Assembly: GCA_034003985.1 (NCBI GenBank)
Contig: JAVEXP010000001.1
Location: 155,347-219,346 of the forward strand
DNA length: 64,000 bases
Origin: Patescibacteria group bacterium
Lineage (GTDB): Bacteria; Patescibacteriota; Patescibacteriia; Buchananbacterales; UBA6539
Direction of reading: 5' to 3'
Shown: in pieces, positions 8,082 through 18,242 of the stretch
Layout: each line of letters begins with the position of its first letter
Position numbering within the stretch: the first letter of the stretch is position 1
Made by a program: the position numbers and the translations under genes
Notes under the pieces: model-generated
The model's input: only the letters and a program-made list of their open reading frames with translations
Told to the model about the DNA's origin: nothing
The model's database searches: none

Positions 8082-8898
8082 AAAAATTAAAAAACCAAGG
8101 GTGGCAATCGTTGGACTAACTTGTTGCGAGGGCTGTGAATTTGCAATTTTGGATTTGGGTCAGAGGTTTTTGGAACTAGCCAAGTATGTTGAGTTAGTCG
8201 AGTTTCGGATGATAAAAGACGATCCGCCAAAACCCGGACCTTATGATATCTGTTTTGTGGAAGGTTCGGCAGTAACCAAAAAGAATGTTGAGATTTTAAA
8301 AGAACTGCGGCGGGTGTCCAAAAAGCTGATTGTGCTAGGCAACTGCGCTCATACCGGCGGAATTCATCGGATGAAGAATTGGATTGGACGAGTTCAGGCA
8401 TTGGGGCAAGTATACGATAAGCCCCGGGGGATTGATAACCCGCCGATTGTACCGATTGCCGAAATTGTCAAAGTGGATTTTACCATCCCGGCTTGTCCGA
8501 TTAACGCCGAAGAATTTTTAATTATTGTAAAACAATTGTTGGCCGGGCGGGAGCCGTTTATTCCCCAAAATCCGGTTTGTTTCGAATGCCAGATTAACGG
8601 TTATGAGTGTTTGCTACAGCAAGGCGAACTTTGTTGCGGGCCAATCACTTTGGGCGGTTGCCAGGCTGTTTGTCTAAAAAGCAAACAGCCATGCTGGGGT
8701 TGCCGAGGTTTACTTGAAGAACCGGATGTTGATAAGTTTGTCCGTAATTGTTTTTTGACCGGTCATACTATTGAAGAAATTGAAAAAGTTTTGGAGGTGT
8801 TTGGAGTTAAAGATGACTGGATTGATCAGGCCAAACAAGAATGGCAATCGCTTCAAAAATCAAAAGCCTTAATTAAGATAACCGGGAAAGAAAAATAA
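8074..8898 (+). CDS. hydD: [NiFe]-hydrogenase small (delta) subunit, group 3b-like
   Basis: TCCEGC, VEGS, LGNCA.TGG, IPACP, VCFEC, CCGP...GC...C...PCWGCRG. Confidence 0.88.
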   Translation: MPKKIKKPRVAIVGLTCCEGCEFAILDLGQRFLELAKYVELVEFRMIKDDPPKPGPYDICFVEGSAVTKKNVEILKELRRVSKKLIVLGNCAHTGGIHRMKNWIGRVQALGQVYDKPRGIDNPPIVPIAEIVKVDFTIPACPINAEEFLIIVKQLLAGREPFIPQNPVCFECQINGYECLLQQGELCCGPITLGGCQAVCLKSKQPCWGCRGLLEEPDVDKFVRNCFLTGHTIEEIEKVLEVFGVKDDWIDQAKQEWQSLQKSKALIKITGKEK

Positions 8899-8906
8899 TT
8901 AAAATT

Positions 8907-9512
8907 ATGGAATGTTCAAAATGTAAAACTAACAATGATGACAAATCAAAGGTTTGTCGAATTTGCGGCGCTGATTTAACGATGGTGCCGGCCGCAATTG
9001 ATTTCAAGGCGGGAACTGAATCAAGCTCGGCGGCGGAAAAATATCAAGGGTTGGGTGGGTGGCTAATACTGGTAGGGCTAGGTTTAATTAGCGCTCCCTT
9101 AATGATTGGCTGGGCGTTGTATCAAGATTTTTTGCCGCTGGTTTTGGAGTCCCAGGTCTGGCAGACTTTAACTTCTCCAGGCAGTCTGATTTACAGTTCA
9201 TTGTGGAAGCCAACCTTAATGATGGAGGTAACCGTTAACATTATATTTTTTGTTTGGACAATATATCTGCTGGTTTTATTTTTCAGGAAGAGCGCGCATT
9301 TTCCTAAATTGTATATAATTTTTTTGGCGGTGAATTTATTATTTTTAATGATCGACGATATTTTACTTTTTCAGATCAGGCGCCAATTACCGATTCTGGG
9401 TCAGACTGTTGGTGAACAAAAATTTAGTTCATTGTCAGCGGTTTTGCCAACAGTTATTTGGATACCATATATGCTGAATTCCAAAAGAGTAAAACAAACT
9501 TTTGTTAATTAA
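8907..9512 (+). CDS. Zinc-ribbon plus DUF2569 membrane protein
   Basis: CxxC...CxxCG N-terminus; GLGGWL; IWIPY...SKRVKQTF. Confidence 0.8.
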   Translation: MECSKCKTNNDDKSKVCRICGADLTMVPAAIDFKAGTESSSAAEKYQGLGGWLILVGLGLISAPLMIGWALYQDFLPLVLESQVWQTLTSPGSLIYSSLWKPTLMMEVTVNIIFFVWTIYLLVLFFRKSAHFPKLYIIFLAVNLLFLMIDDILLFQIRRQLPILGQTVGEQKFSSLSAVLPTVIWIPYMLNSKRVKQTFVN

Positions 9513-9518
9513 TCATTT

Positions 9519-10805
9519 ATGAAGATTAGAATTGATCATTTGGAAAAAATGGAGGGTCACCTGGATTTTGTCGGTGATATTTTGGCTGGTGATGTCGCCA
9601 GCGCCAAAATAAAAACGACGGAAGGAATCAGGCTGATTGAGAGTATTTTGGTTGGTCGCAAGTATTATGACGCGCCAATCATTACGGCCAGAATTTGCGG
9701 GATTTGTCCGGTAGTTCATTCGTTGAATATGATTAAGACAGTCGAAAATGCTTTTGGCATTAAACCCAGTCAGCAGACTATTAAATTGCGGAAACTAATG
9801 GAGTTCTCACAAGTCATTCACAGCCATGCTTTACATTTGTATTTTTTGTCGATGCCGGATTTTTACGGAGTAAGAGATGATATTGACTTTATTAAACAAA
9901 ATCCAACCCAAGCCTCGGCGGCTATCAAAATTAGGGAATTTGCTTTGAAGATTTTGGAGGTGGTAGCCGGTCGGGCTATTCATCCAATTGCCTGCGAAGT
10001 CGGCGGCTTTAAAATTTTGCCCAGCCAGGAACAACTTAAAGAATTGTTGAGGAATTATAAAGAAACAATGGTCGCCGCGATGGAATTGATGGTGTTTGCG
10101 GCCAGATTGCCCTTGCCGCAGTTTGAACGCCGGATGGAATTTGCCAGTTTGTATTCGCCGGATGAATATGCGATTTATGACGGTCGGATAAAATTTTTGG
10201 ACGGCAAGATTATTAAGTCCAGTAAGTATGCCAAGGTAATAGATGAATATCAGTTGCTGGCGTCAGCAGCGAAGCGAGCAAATTATCAAGGTAAAAGCTA
10301 TATGGTAGGCGCTTTGGCCAGGCTTAATATTAATCATGACAAGTTGAGCAAGGAAGCCGCCGCCGTAGTTAAAGATTTAAAATTGAAATTTCCAATTTAT
10401 AATACCTTTGCCAATGTTTTGGCCCAAGCGATTGAAGTGGTTCATGCTATGCAAGAAGCCGGTAATTTACTGAGTGATTTGGCCGATAATTTGAAATTTG
10501 AAGAAAGCCGGGGCCATAATTTGGCTTTGATTGCCGATGCTAATCCCCAAGGTAGAGTTACGGTTGGCTATTCGGTAATGGAAGCGCCGCGGGGGATATT
10601 ATATGACATGGTAGAAATAAATGCCGATGGAGTAATCACTAGATCGGATATCATTACGCCGACCGTTCAATATTTAAACAATATCGAGGAGGATTTAAAA
10701 GTTTATTTGCCCAATTTAAAACAGTTATCAGACCGCCAGCGGCGGCAAAAAATTAAGACTTTAATCAGAGCTTACGATCCTTGTATTTCGTGTGCTACCC
10801 ATTAA
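9519..10805 (+). CDS. hydA: [NiFe]-hydrogenase large (alpha) subunit, group 3b-related
   Basis: EGH, L1 RICGICP, EAPRG, ITPT, L2 YDPCISCATH at the extreme C-terminus. Confidence 0.92.
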   Translation: MKIRIDHLEKMEGHLDFVGDILAGDVASAKIKTTEGIRLIESILVGRKYYDAPIITARICGICPVVHSLNMIKTVENAFGIKPSQQTIKLRKLMEFSQVIHSHALHLYFLSMPDFYGVRDDIDFIKQNPTQASAAIKIREFALKILEVVAGRAIHPIACEVGGFKILPSQEQLKELLRNYKETMVAAMELMVFAARLPLPQFERRMEFASLYSPDEYAIYDGRIKFLDGKIIKSSKYAKVIDEYQLLASAAKRANYQGKSYMVGALARLNINHDKLSKEAAAVVKDLKLKFPIYNTFANVLAQAIEVVHAMQEAGNLLSDLADNLKFEESRGHNLALIADANPQGRVTVGYSVMEAPRGILYDMVEINADGVITRSDIITPTVQYLNNIEEDLKVYLPNLKQLSDRQRRQKIKTLIRAYDPCISCATH

Positions 10806-10806
10806 T

Positions 10807-12039
10807 ATGATTGATAATCTATTCTTTTTGATTATTTTAATTCTAGTTTCCGCTTTTTTCTCCGCTTCGGAAATCGCGATTTTTTCTTTGTCGCAAGCTA
10901 AAATAAAATCCTTAGAGAAAAAGAAAGTCCGTAACGCCAAGCAACTGGCGGCTTTGCGCGCTAAACCTCAGCGGTTATTAATTAATATTTTGATTGGCAA
11001 TAATTTGGTTAATATCGGTGCCTCGTCGATGGCGGCCGTGATCGCCTGGCAAATTTTTGGCAATATCGGTCCGGCGATTGCCACTGCTGTTTTAACGATT
11101 TTAATTTTGGTTTTTGGTGAAATTGGTCCCAAGACTTTGGCTTCGGCCAATGCCGAAAGGTTTTCTTTGGCAATCGCGCCGATTTTAACTTTGATTGATA
11201 TTATTTTTCGCCCGGTTTCCATTTGGTTTGAGTTTTTTAACAAACTGGCAATTAAATATCTGGCCGGCGGCCGGGCTCGACCGTCAATGACCGAAGAGGA
11301 ATTGACTGCTTTGGCCGAAATCGGCGCGGAAGAAGGAGTGGTTGAACCAAAAGAAAAAGAAATGATTAAACGGATTTTGGAATTCAATGATATTAATGCT
11401 GAGGATGTAATGAGGGTTAGGAGTGATATTTTTGCCTTGCCTCAGAATTTAACACTGAGACAGGCTTTGTCTGAAATTAATGAAGCTCATTATTCCCGCG
11501 TGCCAATTTTTGAGAGAACTATCGACAATATTACGGGGGTGATTTACCTGCCAGACATTCTTCGAGAATTGACCGCCGGTAATGATGATTTGCCAATTTT
11601 GAAGATTTCTCGCAAACCTTATTTTATTCCATTACAAAGGAAAATCGATGACATTTTTAAGGATTTTCAGCGCCGCCACAATCATATTGCAATCGTTCTG
11701 GACGGCCAGGGCAATACCGCCGGACTGGTGACTTTGGAGGATTTGTTAGAAGAGATTGTCGGGGAAATTATGGATGAGTCTGATGTGGACGAATCATTGA
11801 TAAAGCGAATTGACAAGAAAGCAATTTTGGTTGATGCTCAAACAGAAATTAGAAATATTAATAATTTTTTCAATATCAATATCCCCGGCCAGCCTCATGA
11901 CTTTGTGGCCGAAGCTTTTCTGGAAAAATTTGGACGAATTCCCAAACCGGGGGACGAGGCTTTGTTTGAAAATTTTAAAATGGTAATTGAAAAAGCGACT
12001 AAGAAAAAAATTGAAAAGATAAGAATAATTAAATTTTAA
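10807..12039 (+). CDS. HlyC/CorC (CNNM-CBS) family transporter
   Basis: SAFFSASEIA, ILIGNNLVNI, FGEIGPK, YSRVP, TLEDLLEEIVGEI.DE. Confidence 0.92.
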   Translation: MIDNLFFLIILILVSAFFSASEIAIFSLSQAKIKSLEKKKVRNAKQLAALRAKPQRLLINILIGNNLVNIGASSMAAVIAWQIFGNIGPAIATAVLTILILVFGEIGPKTLASANAERFSLAIAPILTLIDIIFRPVSIWFEFFNKLAIKYLAGGRARPSMTEEELTALAEIGAEEGVVEPKEKEMIKRILEFNDINAEDVMRVRSDIFALPQNLTLRQALSEINEAHYSRVPIFERTIDNITGVIYLPDILRELTAGNDDLPILKISRKPYFIPLQRKIDDIFKDFQRRHNHIAIVLDGQGNTAGLVTLEDLLEEIVGEIMDESDVDESLIKRIDKKAILVDAQTEIRNINNFFNINIPGQPHDFVAEAFLEKFGRIPKPGDEALFENFKMVIEKATKKKIEKIRIIKF

Positions 12040-12040
12040 T

Positions 12041-12301
12041 ATGCACGATTTGCACGCGGCTGATCAAATTCTAAAATTGGTTTTAGCTCAAGCCAATGAT
12101 CACGGATTATTGAGGGTGAAAAGTATTGTTGTTGAACTTGGCAGTATGATTGAACATGGTGAAGAGATAAATCCGGACAATCTAACTTTTAATCTTAAAT
12201 TGTTGGCCAAAAATACCCCAGCCGAAGCCATGGCAGTAACAATCAACAAAGTTCAAGGGGGTAATTGGAAGCTGGTGGAAATTGAAGGAGACAATAATTG
12301 A
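12041..12301 (+). CDS. hypA: HypA nickel chaperone, truncated (no Zn CxxC motifs)
   Basis: MHD N-terminus, V..I.VELG, L.F...LLAKNT.AE, G....LVEIE; 86 aa with no Cys. Confidence 0.75.
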   Translation: MHDLHAADQILKLVLAQANDHGLLRVKSIVVELGSMIEHGEEINPDNLTFNLKLLAKNTPAEAMAVTINKVQGGNWKLVEIEGDNN

Positions 12302-12309
12302 TAATTAAG

Positions 12310-13305
12310 ATGGAAGAAGAGAAAATAGAACAACCAGATCAAACCGCTGATTTGTCTAACCAGTCCGACTATTGGGATGATTATACCAGGCAAATGCGAT
12401 CTCATAATATTGGGGTGGTTGAAAGAGATGGTGGTTTTTATGTTGATACGCCCGAAGGTGAGGCGGCAGTCAGGCTGCCCGTCAGTCATGAGGCAATGCT
12501 GGATCAGGCCGAACGGGTCGGTCAAAGGGAGAGTTTAGTTAAAGCCCGTTTGACTAGCGAACAAGCTCCGCTGGCAGCTTGGGTTCAGGAAGGACGAAAG
12601 CAGATGGAACAAAATCAGTCGGCTTTTGCTGAGGCAAAAAACGCCGAGGATATTATGAGGGAATTAACCAGGCAAGGTAATTTATTGGTAGCTGAAAATA
12701 TTGTCGGTAAACTTAGGGGTTTTCCTGATCAGGCGAAAAGGTTTGTGATCCCGTCGAATGTTATTTCCGAAGTTGCTTCGGCTTTTGAGAAGTTGGGATA
12801 TTATGTTAAGAGGGTGTCGGGCAAAGGCATTTTTGTCCAAGGCGATTTTGCCGCTTACGCGTTTTTAAACGCTGACAAAGTTGAACAAGGAAATTTAGCA
12901 GAAGAAATGATTGATGATGATGGTGACGATGCGGGTGATGGGTCGTCGGGGCGGGACGGAAAGAAAGGAAAACCAACACAAGCGATGAAAGGAAAGTTGG
13001 GACCGAAATCATTTGGGCAGGGAGGTAAAGTTGGTGGTTTGGCAAAAGGTACTGGTAAACATGCCAACGGCCCAGTATCTTTAAGGAAACCGGGGGAGGC
13101 TGATGTTAATATTGGAAATGAGCCATTGGTAATTACCGAAACGGTGGTACCGATGACGGCGCTGTCTTCGCAGCCAAATATTACTTCCCATACCAAAACG
13201 GCAACGAGTCCAGAAGTCGCCGCTTCTCAACCAAGTGTGTCAAGTGGCACTAATTCGGCCGGCGGCGGAATGCCAACTGTCACTCCCGGTCCGGGCGCGG
13301 GCTAA
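12310..13305 (+). CDS. Hypothetical protein with acidic, Gly/Lys and Ser/Thr/Pro low-complexity C-terminal half
   Basis: Long ORF in operon orientation; no recognised motif. Confidence 0.65.
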   Translation: MEEEKIEQPDQTADLSNQSDYWDDYTRQMRSHNIGVVERDGGFYVDTPEGEAAVRLPVSHEAMLDQAERVGQRESLVKARLTSEQAPLAAWVQEGRKQMEQNQSAFAEAKNAEDIMRELTRQGNLLVAENIVGKLRGFPDQAKRFVIPSNVISEVASAFEKLGYYVKRVSGKGIFVQGDFAAYAFLNADKVEQGNLAEEMIDDDGDDAGDGSSGRDGKKGKPTQAMKGKLGPKSFGQGGKVGGLAKGTGKHANGPVSLRKPGEADVNIGNEPLVITETVVPMTALSSQPNITSHTKTATSPEVAASQPSVSSGTNSAGGGMPTVTPGPGAG

Positions 13306-13355
13306 AAATATTATTAGTGCAGCAGGATCAATAATATGTTATAATAAAATTTGTT

Positions 13356-14585
13356 ATGAATCTAAAATCAATCAAATCGGTTAAAAATTTGAAAGGCAAA
13401 ACCGTAATGTTGAGGGTGGCTTACGATGTCCCATTGAAGAAACAAGGCAAGGGCTGGGCGGTGGCCGATGATCGTCGAATTGCCGAAACTTTGCCAACTA
13501 TTAAATATTTGCTGCAGCAACATTGCAAGATTGTAATTTTATCTTGGCTGAAGCGGCCTGGTGGTGAAGTGGTTGATAAATATCGCCTGGATCCGGTGGC
13601 TAAAAATCTTGGGATATTATTAAAGAAACCGGTTAAAAAGTTGGATGACTGCGTTGGTCCGAAGGTTTATCAGGAAATCAAAAATTTGAAAAACGGCGAA
13701 ATTTTAATGTTGGAGAATGTTAGATTTTATCCCGAAGAAGAAGCGGCCAACAAGATGTTTGGGGCTTTGTTGGTTCATGGCATTGACCTGATTGTTTTTG
13801 ACGCTTTTGCCCAAGCTCATCGGATTCACTCTTCCACGACGGTGATTACCAAGCTATTGCCAACTTATTCCGGGTTTTTGTTGGAAAAAGAATTGAAAGC
13901 TTTGGGTCAAATTAATAAAAGCCCAAAACGGCCGTTGGTAGTAATTTTGGGCGGGGCAAAAATATCAGACAAGATCGATGTTTTGCAGGAGTTGTTGAAA
14001 ATAGCTGACAAAGTTTTAATCGGCGGCGGGATGGCCAATGTTTTTATGAAGGCTAGCGGGATAGCGGTTGGTTCATCTTTTTTGGAAGATATTTTTGTTG
14101 ACAAAGCCAAAAGAAAAAAAGTTAATACCATTAAATTGGCCAGAAAACTTTTGAAAAAATACCGGACGAAAATCGTTTTGCCTGTTGATTTCGTGGCGGC
14201 TAATAAAATTGACCAAAATGCCTTGGTCGAAGTCGTTGATTTAGAAGAGTGCCAACACATTAATTCCCGTTGGAAATTCTTGGATATTGGACCAAAATCA
14301 GTGGCTAACTTTATGGTAGAAATCAAAGCGGCCAAAACGATTTTTTGGAACGGCCCCATGGGTGTGTTTGAAATAGAAAAATTTGCATTTGGCACCAAAA
14401 AAATCGCCCAGGCTGTCGGTCGTAGCAAGGCCATTAGTGTGGTTGGCGGGGGGGATACAGAAGCGGTGATTGGTAAATACAAATTAGAAAAAAAAATCAG
14501 TCATGTTTCGACTGGCGGCGGAGCTAGTTTGGAATTTTTAAGCGGCCGAACTTTGCCGGCATTAAAAAATGTAATTAAAAAATAA
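13356..14585 (+). CDS. pgk: Phosphoglycerate kinase
   Basis: LENVRF, GGAKISDK, WNGPMGVFE, GGGDT, HVSTGGGASLEFL. Confidence 0.95.
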   Translation: MNLKSIKSVKNLKGKTVMLRVAYDVPLKKQGKGWAVADDRRIAETLPTIKYLLQQHCKIVILSWLKRPGGEVVDKYRLDPVAKNLGILLKKPVKKLDDCVGPKVYQEIKNLKNGEILMLENVRFYPEEEAANKMFGALLVHGIDLIVFDAFAQAHRIHSSTTVITKLLPTYSGFLLEKELKALGQINKSPKRPLVVILGGAKISDKIDVLQELLKIADKVLIGGGMANVFMKASGIAVGSSFLEDIFVDKAKRKKVNTIKLARKLLKKYRTKIVLPVDFVAANKIDQNALVEVVDLEECQHINSRWKFLDIGPKSVANFMVEIKAAKTIFWNGPMGVFEIEKFAFGTKKIAQAVGRSKAISVVGGGDTEAVIGKYKLEKKISHVSTGGGASLEFLSGRTLPALKNVIKK

Positions 14586-14595
14586 CAATAAAATT

Positions 14596-15384
14596 ATGGA
14601 AATGCCCATCACTAATGCTAAATCCAATCTCCCAAAACAAATTCTGTTGTTGTTGATAAGTATCCTGGTGGTAATGTTGGTAATAATGTTAGCAGTGATT
14701 ATCAGAAATCAATGGCGAGCATTCGACTATATTGGTCGCAGCGATGAAAGGATATACACCATCACCATCCAGGGTGAAGGAAAGGTAACAGCTATTCCCG
14801 ATATTGCTCAGGTTAGCTTAGGGGTTCAAGCTGAAAAAATAAAAGTTGAGGATGCTCAGCGGGAGAATACCCAAAAAATGAACGACATTATTGCCGCGCT
14901 TAAGGGTCTGAATGTTGAACAAAAGGATATTAAAACTACCAATTATAACATCAGTCCAAAATATGATTGGAATAATGGTACTAGGATCTTACGCGGGTAC
15001 ATTGTCAGTCAGAATGTTACGGTAAAAATCAGAGATTTAGATCGAATTGGCGATATTTTAGACAAAGCGGCCGATTTGGGAGCCAATCAAGTTGGGGGGT
15101 TGAATTTTACGATTGATGAGCCGGAAGTGTTGCGCCAGGAAGCCAGAGAAAAAGCTTTGGCCAGCGCCAAGGCCAAGGCTGAGAGCCTGGCCAAAGTTGC
15201 CGAAGTAAAATTGGGCAAATTAGTTTCCTTTAATGAAAGTGGCGATAATTATGATTATCCTTACTACTTGGAATCACAGGCCATGATGATGGATTCATTG
15301 AAAGTTGCCGAGGAGACTACGACAATTGAGCCCGGCAGTCAGGATATTACGGTTAATGTAACAGTCACTTACGAAGTATTATAA
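14596..15384 (+). CDS. SIMPL (DUF541) domain protein
   Basis: GEGKV...PD, IKTT.Y.ISP.Y, GANQV.GL.F, AREKA, PG.Q.I. Confidence 0.9.
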   Translation: MEMPITNAKSNLPKQILLLLISILVVMLVIMLAVIIRNQWRAFDYIGRSDERIYTITIQGEGKVTAIPDIAQVSLGVQAEKIKVEDAQRENTQKMNDIIAALKGLNVEQKDIKTTNYNISPKYDWNNGTRILRGYIVSQNVTVKIRDLDRIGDILDKAADLGANQVGGLNFTIDEPEVLRQEAREKALASAKAKAESLAKVAEVKLGKLVSFNESGDNYDYPYYLESQAMMMDSLKVAEETTTIEPGSQDITVNVTVTYEVL

Positions 15385-15394
15385 AATATAATTT

Positions 15395-16660
15395 ATGTCA
15401 AAATATAAAATTAAATCAGTTTCGGCTTTAGAGATTTTAGATTCCCGCGGTAATCCGACGGTTAGGGTCAAGATTACTCTTAATAATAGTATTGGCGCCA
15501 GCACATCGGTGCCATCCGGCGCATCAACAGGCATTCACGAAGCCTTGGAATTACGCGACGGCGACAAGGCTCGCTATGGGGGCAAGGGCGTAATCAAAGC
15601 AGTTGATAACATTAACAAAAAAATCGCGCCAAGGTTAATCGGCCAAGATCCGACCAGTCAACGGCAATTAGATGAGCTGATGATTAAGTTAGACGGTACT
15701 AAAAATAAATCGAAATTGGGAGCTAATGCCATCTTAGGAGCATCTTTGGCTTTAGCCCATGTTTCATCAGCAGCTTTGGGCAAGCCATTGTATCAATATT
15801 TGCGTCAGACTTTTCGTTTGCCCTACCGGACTTGGCAGCTGCCGATTCCGACTATGAATATTTTGAATGGCGGCGCTCATGCCGACTGGTCGCTTGATAT
15901 TCAGGAATTTATGATTGTGCCGCGGCAAAAAACTATGGCCCAGCGGATTCGCTGCGGCGCCGAGACATTTCATGAGTTGGCAAAGATTATTAAGTCAATG
16001 GGATATGAAACCCTTAAAGGTGATGAAGGAGGATACGCCCCAAAGCTCAAAGGCAACGAGCAGGCTTTTACGGTTATTATAAAAGCCATTGAAGCCGCCG
16101 GTTATCGGGCTGGTCGGGATGTGAGTTTGGCGATTGATGCCGCCGCTTCGGAATTTTATAATTCCCAAACAAAACTTTATGAGCTTAGGGCGGATCAAAA
16201 GAAAGTGATGGCACAGCAGCTGATTGATTTGGAAGAAAAGTGGCTGGCAAAGTATCCGATTATCTCAATTGAAGACGGTTTGGATCAGGATGATTGGGAA
16301 AATTGGGAAACACTGACCAAACGGATTGGCAAAAAAGTCAGCTTGGTGGGAGATGATTTGTTTGTTACTAATGTCGAGAGGTTAAAGGAAGGAATCGATC
16401 GGAAAGTTGGTAACGCGATTTTAATCAAGCTTAATCAGATTGGTACTCTTTCGGAGACAATTGATGCCATTGAATTGGCTCATCGGCATGGTTATAAAAC
16501 CTCAATATCTCACCGTTCCGGGGAAACTGGCGATACCACTATTGCCGATTTGGCCGTGGCTGTCAACTCGGAATTTATTAAAACCGGTTCATTGTCGAGA
16601 AGTGAAAGGGTGGAAAAATATAACCGCCTGCTCGAAATTGAACAAGAATTAAAAAAATAA
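15395..16660 (+). CDS. eno: Enolase
   Basis: DSRGNPT, PSGASTG, GDEGG, SHRSGET, KTGSLSRSER. Confidence 0.97.
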   Translation: MSKYKIKSVSALEILDSRGNPTVRVKITLNNSIGASTSVPSGASTGIHEALELRDGDKARYGGKGVIKAVDNINKKIAPRLIGQDPTSQRQLDELMIKLDGTKNKSKLGANAILGASLALAHVSSAALGKPLYQYLRQTFRLPYRTWQLPIPTMNILNGGAHADWSLDIQEFMIVPRQKTMAQRIRCGAETFHELAKIIKSMGYETLKGDEGGYAPKLKGNEQAFTVIIKAIEAAGYRAGRDVSLAIDAAASEFYNSQTKLYELRADQKKVMAQQLIDLEEKWLAKYPIISIEDGLDQDDWENWETLTKRIGKKVSLVGDDLFVTNVERLKEGIDRKVGNAILIKLNQIGTLSETIDAIELAHRHGYKTSISHRSGETGDTTIADLAVAVNSEFIKTGSLSRSERVEKYNRLLEIEQELKK

Positions 16661-18241
16661 ATGCCTAATCATAAAAAAAATAATACCCATAAGCCGTTAG
16701 TATTTCTGATCCTTGACGGCTGGGGGATTGCTCCAAAGAGCCCGGCTAACGCCATTGAACTTGCCAAAAAACCAAATTTTGATTATTTGTGGAACAACTA
16801 TTCCCATACCAAACTTCAAGCATCGGGAAAATATGTCGGTTTACCCGATGATCAGCCTGGCAATTCCGAAGCCGGTCATATGAATATCGGCGCGGGGCGG
16901 GTGGTTGAACAGGATTCGGTGACGATTTCCAAGGCCATTAATACCGGAAAATTTTTTAAGAATCCGGCGTTTGAGGCCGCTTGTACTCATCTTCGGAAGA
17001 ATAAATCGAATTTGCATATTATGGGAATGCTTTCTGATGGTCAAAGCGCTCACAGCGACCCCGATCATTTATTGGCGCTGATTGCCTGGGCGCGAATGAA
17101 AAAAATCAGAAATGTTTATTTACATTTGTTTACTGACGGTCGTGATTCGCCGCCACATTCAGCACTGAAATCAGTCGAGGCCTTGATGCGACAGTTGAAA
17201 AATAAGGAGCAGGGCAGTCAGCGCAGCGGCGAGTGGATTGCCACAATCATGGGGCGATTTTACGCAATGGATCGGAAAAAGGCTTGGCCCCGGACGGAGC
17301 GGGCTTATCAGGCGATGGTTTTGGCCAGGGGCATTGGTGCCAAGAGTCCTCAGGCGGCAATTACCCAGTCTTATAATCGGGGCGAGACGGATGAATTTAT
17401 TCCGCCCTATGTCATGAAACGGGGAGGCAAACCAATCGCCAAAATCAAAGACGGCGACGCAATTTTATTTTTTAATTTACGGAGCGATCGGGCGCGCCAG
17501 TTAGCCAAACCGTTTGTCCAGCAAAATTTTACCGAAGACAATTCCAACAGCTTCAAGCGCCAGAAGGTTTTAAAAAATATTGTCTTTGTGGCCATGACCG
17601 ATTTCGGTCCTGATCTTGATTCGATTTTAACGGCTTTCCCATCTGATGATATCGTCGGCACTTTACCGATGGCATTAGCCGGCTATAAGCAGCTTTATAT
17701 TTCCGAAAAAGAAAAATACGCCCATGTAACTTATTTTATTAACGGCGGTTATCCTGATCCGGTGGCCGGTGAGAACAGAATATCAAAACCATCGCCGGAA
17801 GTGGCATCTTATGATCAAAAACCGGAAATGAGTGTTTATCAAGTGACTGCTGAAGTTTTGCGAGATTTGGATAAATATGATTTTATCGCCATTAATTTTG
17901 CCAATCCTGATATGGTTGGCCATACTGGGAACATTAAAGCGGCGATCAAAGCCGTTGAAGCCTGTGACAAGTGTTTGGGTAAAATAAAAGACAAAGTTCT
18001 ATCGCGTCGGGGGATATTGGTGATTACGGCTGATCACGGTAATGCCGATAAGATGCTGGACTTGGAAACCGCTGAAATGTATACTGAACATACTACCAAT
18101 CCGGTGCCTTTTATTATCGTTGAGCCAAAAAAAATTAGTCGGCGCTTGAAAAGAGGAAAATTGGGTGATATCGCGCCGACCATTTTAAAATTAATGAAAG
18201 TCAAAAAACCTAAACAAATGACTGGTAAACCTTTGTTTTAA
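16661..18241 (+). CDS. gpmI: 2,3-BPG-independent phosphoglycerate mutase, copy 1
   Basis: ILDGWG, GNSEAGH, GRFYAMDR, NPDMVGHTG, TADHGN. Confidence 0.95.
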   Translation: MPNHKKNNTHKPLVFLILDGWGIAPKSPANAIELAKKPNFDYLWNNYSHTKLQASGKYVGLPDDQPGNSEAGHMNIGAGRVVEQDSVTISKAINTGKFFKNPAFEAACTHLRKNKSNLHIMGMLSDGQSAHSDPDHLLALIAWARMKKIRNVYLHLFTDGRDSPPHSALKSVEALMRQLKNKEQGSQRSGEWIATIMGRFYAMDRKKAWPRTERAYQAMVLARGIGAKSPQAAITQSYNRGETDEFIPPYVMKRGGKPIAKIKDGDAILFFNLRSDRARQLAKPFVQQNFTEDNSNSFKRQKVLKNIVFVAMTDFGPDLDSILTAFPSDDIVGTLPMALAGYKQLYISEKEKYAHVTYFINGGYPDPVAGENRISKPSPEVASYDQKPEMSVYQVTAEVLRDLDKYDFIAINFANPDMVGHTGNIKAAIKAVEACDKCLGKIKDKVLSRRGILVITADHGNADKMLDLETAEMYTEHTTNPVPFIIVEPKKISRRLKRGKLGDIAPTILKLMKVKKPKQMTGKPLF

Positions 18242-18242
18242 T

